In this document: piece by piece, positions 1 to 62,449 of the stretch
How the letters are laid out: each line of letters opens with the position of its first letter
Numbering within the stretch: the stretch's first letter is position 1
Source of the DNA: Octopus vulgaris
Lineage: Eukaryota
Direction: 5' to 3'
DNA length: 64,000 nucleotides
NCBI GenBank assembly: GCA_951406725.2
Contig: OX597824.1
Coordinates: 99,262,001-99,326,000 of the forward strand
Notes under the pieces: model-generated
What the model saw: only the letters and a program-made list of their open reading frames with translations
What the model was told of the DNA's origin: nothing
Databases searched by the model: none
Made by a program: the position numbers and the translations under genes

Positions 1-862
1 AGCATTGACTTAAGCCACTCAAGCTGCTCACAATAGATCTCCTTTGTTATCATTTGGTCTGGCTTTAAAAGTTCAAAGTGGACTAAACCTTTCATATCCC
101 ACCAAACAGATAACAACACCTTACATGGATGAAGACCTTCTTTAGCCTGGGGTGCCAGTGTTTCTCCTTCCCCTACCCACTGTCTTTGCTGCTTGACATT
201 TTTATAGAGAACCCATTTCTCGTCACCAGTCACTATTGGGTCCAAAAAAGGTTCATTCATGAGATGTGGCAGCAAAGAAGAGCACATATTCACTATCTGC
301 ATATGATTAGACTCAGAAGGTTTGTGAGGAACCCATTGACCCAATTTGCTGACTTTTCTGATAGCATACAGGTGTCAATGAATGGTTGAGTGACCAAATC
401 CAAGCTTCTCTGCTAGTTCCTCAACAGTTACAATGGGATTTTGTTTCACCAGGGTTTGCTAGCTGTCCTTGTCAAGCTCTACAGGTCTTCCATGATGAGG
501 GTCATCTTCTAGGCTGTAGTTTCTGGCTCAGAATTTCTGGAACCACCATTGACACTGGCTTATGCTTATTGTCCAATCCCCGTATATGGCTTTAATACTC
601 CTTGCACCTTCTGTTGCACTGTTGCCTTTATTGAACTCATAATGCAAAATATGTCGAATATGCTCCTTTGTCACTTCCATTATAGCTTTGAAAAAAAATA
701 ACTTAAAATCGAACTGCACTCTTCAAAACTTATACTAAGAATAAGTACAAGGTAAAATTACTAACAGCTTTTATAGCAAGTTGATGCAGGTAGTTTATTC
801 CACACCCCTCCAACTTTTAGTTCATGCAATTGAAAAAACTGCAGTATTTATGGGATGACCCT
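1..862 (-). mobile_element. Decayed mariner transposon, 5' part, continuing off the window edge
   Basis: ORF 528..719 (HIRHILHYEFNKGNSATEGARSI...YGDWTISISQCQWWFQKF) is the mariner N-terminal HTH; further decayed transposase toward position 1; terminus abuts (TA)n at about 862. Confidence 0.8.
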
Positions 863-882
863 ATATATATATATATATATAT

Positions 883-1175
883 ATTGGAAGGTTTGGAGAT
901 GATGTACAGGTATTTTATATTAGAAGAAATGAGGTACTCAGAAAATCGGATAGTTTATATTTACAGATATTTATTTGTATATTACATTTTTTATACATCA
1001 TATAACTTAGATCATGTATTAGCGCTTTCTCCCATTCTAGTGGGATTTTCAAATCAAACCAAGTTCCTGTGTGAGGAGTTCTGACCATTTTATAGTGGTA
1101 TTGAGTTTGTAGTGGTGGGGAGGAATATAAGACAGTACAAGAGGGTGATGGATGAGGAGAAAGTGAGAGAGAGAG

Positions 1176-1245
<70 letters not shown>

Positions 1246-2130
1246 TGTATTTGGAATGAGTGCTAAAGAAACAGAGGGGAATGGAGAGGGAAGAAGAAGA
1301 AAATAATTGTTTTGCTCTGCTGGACAGGATGCTTACTCCAAGGGGGGAGTCTAAGATCTTGGGGAAAAAGAATTTCAGTTTTGACCATTTCATAGTGTTA
1401 TTGAGTGTGTGGTGGCGAGGAGGTAGACCATAAATTATATTTCTTTTTATCATTGTGAGAGTGTGTGTGTGTTTAATGAGGGATGGTCAAATGGTTTTTT
1501 GGGTTTAGAGAAGAGGAATTCTTTTTATGATTGTTTTGTGTGTGTGTGTGTGTTTAATACAGTTTACTTAGCAAATTTGGTCCTTCATCTGGTACAGCTT
1601 ATCATAGAGATATTTTCAGCCATTTAATTTGGGGGAGAACTTAGCTATGAAATATTTTTCCATATTCCTTCTGAAAGAGGTGTCGTTTTTCGGACATTTG
1701 TAGAAACGAAAGATCTTAAATTTTCCTTCTCCACATGTATCTAGGTGTTTACTCAGTGGTATCTTGCGTAGTTCTTCCTGCTGAACATGTTGTCGGTGAA
1801 TCCTGGCTCGCTGGCACAAAGAATTACCAGTTTCACCTATGTAATCCTCCTTGCACGTGGGGCAGGTTATGCAGTATATAACGTTCTGCGTCTTGCAGTT
1901 CATATCTGCATTTACTTTAAATACGTAACCACTTTTAAATTTCATCTCTTTGTCTCCCTCTATGTATTTGTCAGTGGGGTTGCTGCAGATCCCACATCTA
2001 CCATCTCCGCAATCTTTTGCAAAGAATTCAGTTTTAGTTTCTGAAGAGAATTTCGCTCTTGTTAGATGTTTCTTTAGGTTTTTGTCTTGTCGTCTACTGT
2101 TTTTTATGCAATATTTGTTAGTATGTTCTA
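883..2130 (-). mobile_element. 5'-truncated Penelope-like retroelement: GIY-YIG endonuclease end plus 3' region
   Basis: ORF to 1616: C-x4-C-x2-C, NVIYCITCPTCKEDYIGETG...RARIHRQH...LSKHL...RRNMEKYFIAKFSPKLN; bounded by (TA)n at about 862-882 and 2130-2148. Confidence 0.85.
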
Positions 2131-2163
<33 letters not shown>

Positions 2164-3385
2164 TATCCAAATAATCAGAAGATAAAGAAAATTCTTTATT
2201 TGTAAAGATATATATATATACATACAGGCCTGCTCGCTTAGCCAGCAGGGTGGCGTCATTCGAAGGCTAAAACAATGCGAACGCATTGTGACCAGCGATG
2301 TGTAACTACATCTGATGGACTGGTCGGTCACGTGATATATATATACATATATATATACATATATGTCTATATATAATTGTATATGTATGCATTGTAGACA
2401 TGTGTATAAGTATACACATAAACACAGATCCATAGATTTCTTGAGAGCTTGTTGTAGCACCCCATCATTATCTTTCTCATAACTTCTTCAGCTGAATATC
2501 TCCTCTACAGCAAGACACCTGTGCTTGTCGTTCTATCATGCTTTATCCTTTCAACACCTGAAATATAGTCCCCTACCTTCACCTCCCCCACATTCTGTTA
2601 GTAGTGGAAGTTTTCCCTTTCTTTTCTTCTCTTTTCTTTAGTTACGTGGCCACCTCACATGACATGAAAAAGGTCACATGAAAAAAGCACCAGGTACACT
2701 CTGTTAAGTGGCTGGTGTCAGAAAGTGGCATCCGGCTGTAGGCACCTCACCAAAGATGACATAGAAGCTTGATGCAGCTCTGCAACTTGACAATTCCCTG
2801 CTCAACTATACTACCCCCATGTCAGAATGGAAAGGGAACATTCAATGATGATGAAGAAGAGTCATTTAATGTCCCTGTTCTATGCTGGCATTGACTGGGC
2901 AGCAGTTTGACCTGATCTGATGGGTCCTGGGACTGCATTATGGTCTAATGTTTACTTTGTCACAGTTTCTACAGACAGACACCCTTCCTCATGCTGCCAA
3001 CCATTTTACAGCCCTATTTCACATTGCCATGCAGCTTGCAAGGCTACAAACCCCAAGCAAAGTGGGGGTCAGCTATGTAGTAGGGGATGATGGCTTAATG
3101 TATGAGAGGAGGGGCAGAGACTGGAGGTTGGAATATATGCGGTTTTACTCTCATAATAAGAGTTGCTGAGTGATTAGTGTTATTGTGAGAAGGATGACGG
3201 AGGGGTGGGTGTTAGAAAGATGAGTTGTAGGGGGTGGATGTTTGGAAGAGGGGTTGTATGGCAAAGGTTCATCAGGGACAGATTGAATGCAGGAGCATAG
3301 GCGCAAGCTATATGCTTTTAGGGCATCAGATTTACTTAGATGGATGGATCCCCTCAAGCACAGCAACTCCCCTCTCATCTTGGTT

Positions 3386-3446
<61 letters not shown>

Positions 3447-3866
3447 GGCTATGAAACTTGACATTCAGAGTTTGTTCTCCATCATTTTACCCAACATCTT
3501 CATTGGTTTCTCCCTTACATAATATATCAAAGTATCTTTTGCTTGTGTCAGTCCTTGGAGTTTAGTTGAAAAAATTGTAGCAGTACTTATTTTTCTAAAG
3601 CTTGGTACTTATTTTATCAGACTCTTTTGCCAAACTGCTAAGTTATGGGGGCATAAACAAACCATTACTGGTTGTCAGGCTGTGGGTGGGGACAAACACA
3701 AATGCAAAGGTGCACACACACACGAAGAAGTATCAAAAGAAATTGGAATTTTGCAAGTGGCTTCTAGCAGCGGAAACCCGAGCTTACAATGAGCTTGTCC
3801 CACATAGAATGCTTCCAGTTACTTTTCGGTATCCCCTTGTATATACATACATGCATACATACATAC

Positions 3867-3900
<34 letters not shown>

Positions 3901-4489
3901 GAGAGAGAGAAGAATCTTTATTGATCACTGCAATTGTTTTGACCCATCTAGCATCAATCCCAACAAACTCTGAGACAGTGAACATTTTTTGCCAGCAAGC
4001 TACCAGCTGTATACCACACAATTTTAAAATGCCATCAAAGCAGAGAAGGAAGCTTATAAAGTTTGGTTTGTTAAAAAAAGCCATCTCCTTTCACCCGGGT
4101 GGAACACTGAGGCCAGAAAAGTTACAACAGAGAGAGAAAGAGAGTAGAAAGATCGAAAGCAAAGTCACGGGAGTACTTTAGGGTAAAGCTGCACTCAGAT
4201 TTTAGATTGGCCAATAAAGTATTCTAGCAGACCATCTTTGTTACAAGAAGTTCTCTTCCACCCCTACTATTAAGAATTTGGCTGGGGTTCTTCTCTCTGC
4301 AGGGAAAAAGCATCCTTGGAAGGTAGAGAGGATACTCTGCTGATCTCCTAAATCTAGTCATAATTCTAGAGGAACCACCTTGTTGAGCCTCTCCAGCAAA
4401 GTGTAAAGAGATGTAGGGACACTGTTAAGTGCAAGATAGCTGGCAAGCAGTGTGAATGTTGCCCTGGGTGCATTACAGCTGACCGAATA

Positions 4490-5520
4490 TTTACTTTACA
4501 GCAGGTCTTTGAGAAATCATGGGAATAGTGCCAAGAAGTGTCCACTTGCTTTGTGGCATTTGAAAGGGCAAATGGTCATGTGCCATGCCGTGGAGGGTTT
4601 TCCATGTTTTTGTGATTAATGAGCAACTTCTGGTTACTGTGAAGTCCCTATATGAATACCCAAACGTTTGTGTCCCTGTGAATGGTGCTGTGACCAAACC
4701 TTTCAGTGTCGGTATTGATTCAACAAAGGTCTGTATTGCTGCCTCTCTTTCCCGTGATTATTATGAACTGAATTGACACTCAGCCATTGTGTCACAATCA
4801 GTGGTCATAGAGACTCAGTCAGCTCTTTGATTCCTCAGAAGAGGATCTCCTCCAGCTGGCACAGAATGGGTTCTGCACCGAGTGCTGTAAAGTGGCAATC
4901 TGAATAAATGTTGCAAAAACTGAGACATTGGTCCTCTCCAGTTCCCAGTGCACTCTGCATGTTAATGGAACATCACTGAGACAAGTGAAGAAGCTTAAAA
5001 TATCTCCATTCATGAGTGATGGGAAGCAGAAGGCTGAATTGGATGGCAGAATTGCAGTGGAGGGCATATTACTGAGAGAAGAGGTTGGTTAAGAAAAGCC
5101 AAACTTAATGACTTCATTTCAGTTTTCATGTTTGTCCTCCCCATTTGGTGATGAATGTTGGGTAATGACTGAAAAAGTATTATCATGAACATGAGTAGCC
5201 AAACTGGGGTTCTGCCAAAGGATCTCTGGAGTAACATTACTCAACAGGGTGCATAGCTCAGTGAATAGAGAGTCTGTCCAGGTGGCGCTGCTACTTGTCT
5301 GCTTTGAGAGGTCACAGGTACCAATACTATAGATATGGAATTAGAATGTTGCAGGAAGGAATCTCACGATGGATTCTTCAAGCTAAGCCTTCAGGCAGGA
5401 GACCTCAGGGTTGACCAAAACTGAGATGGTTGGATAACATCCATCATCTCAGTTGGTTGTGCTTGGGAATCCAGCCAGAAAATCTAATGACAATTGCTTC
5501 TGATAGGGACCCTGAGGAGG
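4490..5520 (+). mobile_element. Highly decayed RTE-like LINE (RT to 3' end)
   Basis: Remnant RT-like peptides (LLVTVKSLYEYPNVCVPVNG...KPFSVGI; RRPQGRPK.RW-like end) with many stops. Confidence 0.5.
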
Positions 5521-6515
5521 GGATGCCTGAGAACTCCAGCCCCACTACTACTTAACCCTAACCCAGGAATAGTGGGCACACACATATATATATATGAATG
5601 TGTGTGTGAATCATGTAAACCAATCCCTGATGCTTCCCTTTTTTTATCTCCTTTTTTTTCTCTTCCTTTGCTTGTCCATTTCTTTTGGGTGTTTCGCTTG
5701 TATTTAAAGAAGGACACTAGCAAAATATCTTCAATTCTTTCCATATTCCTTGAGCCTCTGACTACAAACATCTCTATTACTTTTGTTGGTTTTTTATTAT
5801 GTTTTGCTATGCTGTGTGTGTATGACTTAAGGGCCAAAAGGTAGTGTTGCTATGAGCCCCCTAATCTCACCACCCCATCCAGTAACACACTCAAAGAACT
5901 ATTTATACCATTAACTCTTTTACAAATATTTTTCAACTTCTCGTTTAATTTACATACATTTATCACCAATCTCCCTCTGTCTGTGTGTGTGTGTTGTTCT
6001 CTAGAGCATACTGTTTCGTTTTCACACTCAACCACCACCACACTTTGGCACACTTGCCCCTAATCACACACGTCTACACTCTCTTTCTCACTCTTTCAAC
6101 TTCTTTTTCTCACTTTCGTTGCACTTTTAACCATTATTTACATTCTTACACTTCTCATATTCCTCACCCAGCATTTCTTCTTTGGCACAGAATAACAACA
6201 GCATTGAGTAAATAAAATAGATCTCCTACTCCAGTATGTGTGTGTGTGTAGGAAGAGTTTTCCTTTATTCTAACAACAATTACCAACAATAAAAAGACAT
6301 CTGTTTTCAATAAAGCTATTTAGCTATCAATCTATCCATCTGTCTACCTATACATACATACAGACACGCATGATTTGTCTGCTCCTGGTGTAGGCCCATA
6401 TACATACATACATATATATATATATACTGAAAGAGAGAGAGAGAGAGAGAGATGTGGAGCAATGTTGTCAGTGACCAAGTGTTGCAGTTTCAGGAGATGA
6501 AAATTTCAACATCAC

Positions 6516-6950
6516 GTATGAGGTGGAATCAAAATCTTCCTGGATAGTTGTGTTTCATAAGAAAAAAAAACCTATTTACCTAAGTTTTAAACATCATCTC
6601 CTTTGAAAGAGTCACCTTGCACAGCAATATACCAGTCCCAGCCTTCCTGCCACTTTTGGAATCTGGTCTGGAAGTCTTTTGCAATAAGCAAGCTAAGGAC
6701 CTTCCGTAATTTGCTCTTGCTCTCAACAACAGTGTTAAAACAGTGACCTTTGAGCTGTATTTTCATCTTGGGGAAGAGATGGAAGTCCATAGGTGCTAAG
6801 CCTGGTGAATAGGCTGAGTGTGGAAGTGATACCATGTTGTTTTTGGCAAGAATCTCACAAGTGAAGAGAGTTCGGTGACAGATCCATTGCTTTCACCCAA
6901 ATGTCTTCAAATGCTTCAAAACATCATTGATTGTCTTCGGAGGCTCTTCA
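6516..6950 (-). mobile_element. Mariner transposase C-terminal fragment
   Basis: ORF 6587..6835 LPHSAYSPGLAPMDFHLFPKMK.QLKG..F...FQKWQEGWDWYIAVQGDSF matches the YSPDLAP.DF motif. Confidence 0.8.
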
Positions 6951-7474
6951 GGCACAAAAGCTGATGTATTTTCTCCACATTTCCTGGGCTGACAAACTCA
7001 TAGCAGGTCTTCCAGGGACATTCTTCCACTTTTGATGACCCAGGCCACTTGAAACATTGCATATATTAAGAATCCAATTGAGCTAATTATATTTAACTCA
7101 TTAGACTATGTTGGGTGAATTCCTTATTGAGGAAAACAATCTCCTCAATAAAACAATCCCCTCACATTTTAAGAGTGATCTGCACATTCAAACAAGTCCA
7201 GTGGTGACAGGAACTTGTTACAGAAAGACAATAATAAAATATTAAATATTAGATGGTGATAAAAAAAAAGAAAAAGACTCAAGTTATGTAGTGATGAGAA
7301 CCAACAGAGTTCAGGTAATAACAATAATAATAACAATGGCTAAAAAGAACATTGTATGGTACCATAGATCGCAGATAGCAAGTGTATTATGCGTGTAAGA
7401 CTCCAGAGTTCCAATAAGACCTGAGTTACAAAGGAAAATAATGATTCTGACAATAGTATTAAATTAATGTAACA

Positions 7475-7479
<5 letters not shown>

Positions 7480-7518
<39 letters not shown>

Positions 7519-7549
7519 TATTATTATTATTATTATTATTATTCAGTAG

Positions 7550-7619
<70 letters not shown>
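7480..7619. repeat. (AAT)n directly followed by (ATT)n microsatellite
   Basis: Direct read. Confidence 0.95.
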
Positions 7620-8212
7620 TGATGAAAACTCTCGGCTTATTTTGTCGGGTATGATAGAAAGCATCAGCTGTCCATGGTCAGCAGACCAAGTTGACACTTT
7701 TTTACTGGTCATGCTTCAAGAACCCTGCAAAGAAAACTTATCAATTCCAAGCAATGCAGATTTTTGTAGGTGTTCTACCTTCACACTTGCACCAATCTTT
7801 TTCAGCCATGCTGGTAGTTGAGTGCTGAGACTTCCAAGTGCACCAATTACTATTGCTATCACATCTACTCTCTTCATTGACCACAACCATCGTATTTCCC
7901 ATTTCAAATCGTCATAGTTGTTTATTTTTTCTTCTTCTTTCACATAGATCCTGTTGTCATCTGGGCATGCTATGTCAATTATCATACATGTTCTTTATTA
8001 TTCACCACAACAATGTCCAGTTTCCAATATCTGGTCAGGTGATCACACTGGATCATTGCATTCCACAAGATTTTGCAATTCTCATTCTTGGTGACTCCTG
8101 AGGTTTTCTCATACCATGTCTCTGCTCTTTGTAGGCCACGACTTCCACAGAGTTCCCAATGGATCATTCTTGCCACATTGACATATATTCGTGTTGTGCC
8201 AATTTCAGACAC
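7620..8212 (-). mobile_element. R4/Dong-like non-LTR retrotransposon 3' fragment (restriction-like endonuclease)
   Basis: ORFs 7982..8212 and 7716..7985: VARMIHWELC...WYE...KILWN...LDIVVV...IIDIACP.D.RI..KEEEKI..YDDL...IVIGALG...LQKSALLG; ends at an (ATT)n tract. Confidence 0.8.
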
Positions 8213-8233
8213 TCACTCTTATTGTTGCTGGTG

Positions 8234-8289
<56 letters not shown>

Positions 8290-8290
8290 G

Positions 8291-8337
<47 letters not shown>
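8234..8337. repeat. (CAT)n microsatellite
   Basis: Direct read; source of the poly-H/S/I/M ORFs. Confidence 0.97.
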
Positions 8338-8989
8338 GTTGCTGTTTTACTTCTCAAAGCCCTCAGTCGAACTTGCTCTGGTTGATTCTGTGAGAGCAGA
8401 CAACAACCCGTTGTCAGAGGTCTCACAGGATCTCTGTCCATGACTTATAAGTTTTAGTACCGGGATATTAACTTACAGTGCAAGACACTCAACACAACCA
8501 ACAATCACAAAATCCCAGCTGTCTCCATTAGAGCAGTTTTGGAGACCTATTATTATTATCATTATTATTATCAGTCAGAGAAGTATACCTTGCAGCTCCA
8601 GAATCCTCCAGAGCACATCCCTGTCCACTGAACCAAACTCCTTGTGGAGGTCGCCATAAGCTGCAAGTAACCCTTGCAAAAACCTCTGCCTGTGTTCTTT
8701 AGTCTGTCTCTATTGTAGGCACTGGAACAGTGAGCACAGTTGAGACTGGGGGGATCAACATCTGACTTATTCCCTAGTTCGATATTGGGTCCATTAAGGG
8801 TTGTGTTTTGACTCCCACTCTGTTCAGTGTCTGCATGGATTGGATACTTGGACAAATCGTGGCTCAACTGAATTGCAGAGCACTCGATAAAACTGGGATT
8901 ATTGATCTGGATTTTGCTAATGATGCAGTTATTCTTACTGGGTCTCTAAGTGAGGAAGTAGAACCAATGCCTATACTGGGACATTACCT

Positions 8990-9486
8990 GGAAAAGGGGC
9001 TTCCAGTCACCAGCGTAGGCTACAGTGAAATGCTGGCCAACACCACTGAAACCAGCAGTTCACACCAAACACCAAGGTCTATTGTCTATTCCAGTGTTTG
9101 TGTTGTGCTACAATGCCTGTCCACATTCCATTGCCCAGACCATTACAACCATTGAAAAATTGGCTTTTGATTTGCTGGAAAACCCTACATACAGTCCAGA
9201 TCAGGCCCCTTCTGACTATCATCTCCCTGGATTCTGCAAACATCCTTTATGAGGTTGTCAATTTTCTACAGACAAAGAAGTGTAGGAAGTGATGCATAAA
9301 TGCCTGTGCGACCAACTGGAAACATTCTTCTCCAATGGGATGAGCAAGTTTATGGACCACTGGAAGAAGTGCATCGAAAAGCAAGGAGTCTATGTCAAAA
9401 AAGAAGATGTAATTGTTCAACCCTGTTTTTATTTTCTAATAAATTACAGAGACAAGAGTGCATATAATTTTTGACTTATCCTCATA
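8990..9486 (+). mobile_element. Mariner transposase C-terminal fragment and 3' end
   Basis: LENPTYSPDQAPSDYHL and FFSNGMSKFMDHWKKCIEKQGVYVKK motifs. Confidence 0.75.
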
Positions 9487-9597
9487 ACATTCACTTTTCC
9501 ATACCTGCATGTGTTGGGCTTATTTATAAAACCCTAATGTTTTCAAGCTTACATGTATTTTGATAAGAACTTGGTAAATTTTTAAACTTTATTTCAG

Positions 9598-59093
<49,496 letters not shown>

Positions 59094-59231
59094 GTAAGTG
59101 TTTGCATGTCGAGAGATATTGGCTTCAAATGTTGGCACACAGCCAGCAATTTAGACGGAAGTGTATATAATTTCAATCATGTATACAGTTATGTGTAGAA
59201 TGAGATAAATACATATGTGGCTATAAATACA

Positions 59232-60776
59232 CACCCAGAACCACACTAATAGCTGAGGAGTGAAATTTAGGATTTCTCAGTTTTCTGTGAATCGATTTTG
59301 ATAAAACTTTTTGCAGCTGGTTTGCTCACTATGGCAACACCATTGTTATGCTTTCATTATTCCTGTTTATTTCAGATTCTCCAGTTTTTGGGTGAACTGC
59401 ACCAATAGCTTTTGAATAAAAATAGCCCATCCAGACATTTTTTTCTTCAGAAAATGAAGGATAAGGATACATATTAAGCATACATTGAGTATATATTTAA
59501 CAGAAAACCTTAATATTTTAACATTTATTGACACAGTGAATTATTTAGCCACATGAGCACCATTTCGATTCATAACTTCAAAATCCCTGTTAGTCTTGGA
59601 ATCTGCCAAATTCTTAATAATAGCAGCAGGCTGGACTGCCTCTGCTGCAGCTTTGATGGTTGCCCAAAAGACATCTTTCTACGTAAATTGGTGTCCATCA
59701 GTATAAACATCTTGTTTAATGATGGACCAAAGATTTTCGATAGGGTTGAGATCTGGAGATGCTGGCAGCCACACCATCAACCTTTTACCTTGTATGCTGT
59801 AAGACCCTAGTAATGTTTGGGTGGTCCTAGCAGAGTGGGAGAGAGTGTTGTCATGCATGAATACGAGATTCCTTAGAAGTGACAGCGGTATGTCATCTAA
59901 CCAGGGATCCAAGACCCCCTTCAGGAGATTGCAGTAGGCAGCTGTGGTCACTTTAACCCCTTCAGGCTCACCCTGACTGGGCCAGCATGTCTGTCCCCAT
60001 TGATACCAGCCCACAGCATGACTCCTCCACCCTGTTGTTGACGTCATAAATGTTGGTGACACTCATCTCCAAAATAGACCCAACCATTTTCCCAACCATC
60101 AGGTCTGTCAAGGATCACCCTGGTTTCATCAGTGAACAGAATACAACTTATGTCTAACATTCTGTACTTTTGGGCCCATTGAAGCCTCAAACTCCTGTGA
60201 TGAAGTGTTAAAGGAGGCAGTTTCAGGGGTTCTTGCACAGAAGCCATGATCCCAAGGATGCAATTTCTGGTGGTTTTCAGTACATGAGGGTGTCCGGAGG
60301 TGGTGACAATGGCCTTGCTTGTTTTTCCAGGCCTCCCATGTAACTTGCAACCAGTATTCCTTAAATCTTTAGCTGTCAAAGTCTTGGAGGTTCCACAGTC
60401 GGATTGTTTCTTCCTCGGCAAAGGGTCCTTCAGGAATCGTCTAACCGTGTCCACATGATGATCTAACTTCTCCGCAATGACAAAAAGGGAGGCACTTTTA
60501 GCACTTTCCTTTATGATGACAGACTTTTCTTCATTGTTAAGGGCCTTTTCCATGTCCCATTGTTCTTAGAGCGGAGAAATGCTATTAGTGTGGTTCACCC
60601 CAAAACTGCAGAATCTGAAATAAAAAAAGGAAAGGGCATTACACAAAGTAATGGAAACATAACAAAGGTGTTGCCATGGTGTGCAAATCAGCTGGGAAAA
60701 GTCTTATCAAAATCAATTCACAGAAAACCAGGAAATCCTAAATTTCACTCCTAAGCTATTAGTGTGGTTCTGAGTA
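59232..60776 (-). mobile_element. Near full-length Tc1-superfamily DD37E (TRT-like) transposon with IR-DR ends, inactivated by frameshift
   Basis: TIRs of about 180-200 bp (59232-59410, 60580-60776), each with two GAACCACACTAATAGC-like direct repeats; transposase in ORFs 60044..60553 and 59679..60062: LFTDE, FMHDN-(37 aa from D to E)-SPDLNPIENLW. Confidence 0.92.
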
Positions 60777-62220
60777 TATATTAGTAAAAATGAGGCCCTA
60801 AAAGCATTCCGCCCATGCTTCTCCATTCAATCTGTTCCTCACACATCTTTCCTACCCACTCTCCATCATTACTCTTCTAACTACGGCACTATTCATTCCC
60901 TTGCTTTCTTCATTCTGAGAACAGAACTGCACATCTTCCATTCCTCCTCCTCCTTCTCACTTCCTTTGTCTCATACATTTTCAATATCACCCCTTACTAC
61001 CCAAACTCCCCCTTCACTTCTCCTTTTCCTTGGTACCCCACATCATTTTGTCAATGAAGCCTTCTCCCATTATTTACCCCCTATTCCTTGCACCGTGCAT
61101 CTCTCTTGCACACCCACACTCTTTGCTGCCACCTCTCACCTCCTCCCCGACCCAATCCTACTTCCTTCATCTTCCCTTTCAACCGATAGTCACAATTGAC
61201 CACCCTCAGTGAGTTCCCCCATCCCCATCTCTTCATTTAAAGGGTCTTATCCAGTAAGTTAGTTGTTTACCTCACAGGTGTTGGTGCCACATAAAAAGCC
61301 CTCAATGCACTCTACAAAGTGGTTAGCATTATGAAGGGCTTCAGCAAAAGAACAGCAGTTCTGTTTATCTTGACTTCTCTCTAATTCTTCATCCACAATG
61401 TCGTTCGTTGCTGATGCTGTTAGCCACACATCGCTGGTTCAATTCCTGTTGTATCTCGCTCGATTCCCTGCATTAAATGTCTTGTTTTGATGTCTGTGCT
61501 GCAATATCGTATATTTTCATTGGAGAAGCAAGGAGCTACAGGAAGTATACACACCAAGAATTGCTCAATTTCCAACAGAAGTGTATTCCTATTGGATATG
61601 ATACAGACCATGCTACAGCAAACCATAGCTATCAAAAGAAACAAGGTATGTATACTTCATACATTTTATTGTTTTAGCAACTGTACAATGATAAGGGAAA
61701 TTGGACCTGATTAAAGACACACATAAATGTGGACATATTACAGCTTTATAACCTGGCTTCAAGGGTTGACAAAATGACATCAGTGAAATACTGGGGTTGG
61801 CAAGGTTTGTAATTTACTCGAGCCTGGCACCAAAATATGTGGCCATGTAGCATTATGACAGACATTAAGTTTATGACCTGGATCAAAATTAGGGGTTATT
61901 GTTTAATCCATGGAAGAGAGTCAGTGTCCATAGCATTTGAATAGGATTTTAGACTGGTGTGTTTGATGTGTGGAGGGAAAACATAATCAGAGAGAGTTCT
62001 AAGGAGAAAGGACTACAAGTGTAGAATGTGATTAAAGTGACACAACAGGGATGGGGGGAAAAAACCTGATGCTGTCTCTTCTTGAAGACTGAGGGATGGA
62101 GAGATGAGGCAGTCTGATGAGTTTTCTCCTTAAAGACTCTATTTTAAGTGATACACCAATAAAACAACACCAGTGATAATTGGGTGGCTCCTATCTGGGC
62201 TGAATACTAGAACACAAAGT

Positions 62221-62449
62221 TGGAGAGCTGTCAGAATCGTTAGCACGCTGGGCGAAATGCTTAGCAGTATTTCGTCAGCCGCTATGTTTTGAGTTCAAAT
62301 TCCGCCGAGGTCGACTTTGCCTTTCATCCTTTTGGGGTCAATTAAATAAGCACCAGTTACACACTGGGGTCGATGTAATCGACTTAATCCATTTGTCTGT
62401 CCTTGTTTGTCCCCTCTATGTTTAGCCCCTTGTGGGTAATAAAGAAATA
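62221..62449 (+). mobile_element. tRNA-derived SINE family 1 (Meta-domain-like core), best-preserved copy
   Basis: A-box-like head, GAGTTCAAATTCC B box, core gactttgcctttcatcctttTggggtc..taaataag.accagt; other copies about 11691-11850(+), 13274-13470(-), 16805-17010(-), 17030-17195(-), 23220-23430(+). Confidence 0.8.

Noticed and set aside
7115-7170. Hairpin ttattgagga/tcctcaataa as terminator or hammerhead stem
   Set aside because: Flanking core motifs are too degenerate, and intrinsic terminators are irrelevant in this eukaryotic context.
8073-8443. Poly-His/Ser/Ile/Met ORFs (likewise CVCV, THTH, SLSL, ERER, poly-K/R ORFs elsewhere)
   Set aside because: Translations of microsatellites.
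1-9597. Upstream LOXHD1 exon or promoter
   Set aside because: No PLAT-coding segment found; exon A starts in phase 1, so this region is most likely intron.
61477-61677. Possible next LOXHD1 exon (AAG|gtatgt donor near 61645)
   Set aside because: No PLAT motif in the + frames and no convincing polypyrimidine acceptor; the next exon is probably beyond the window.
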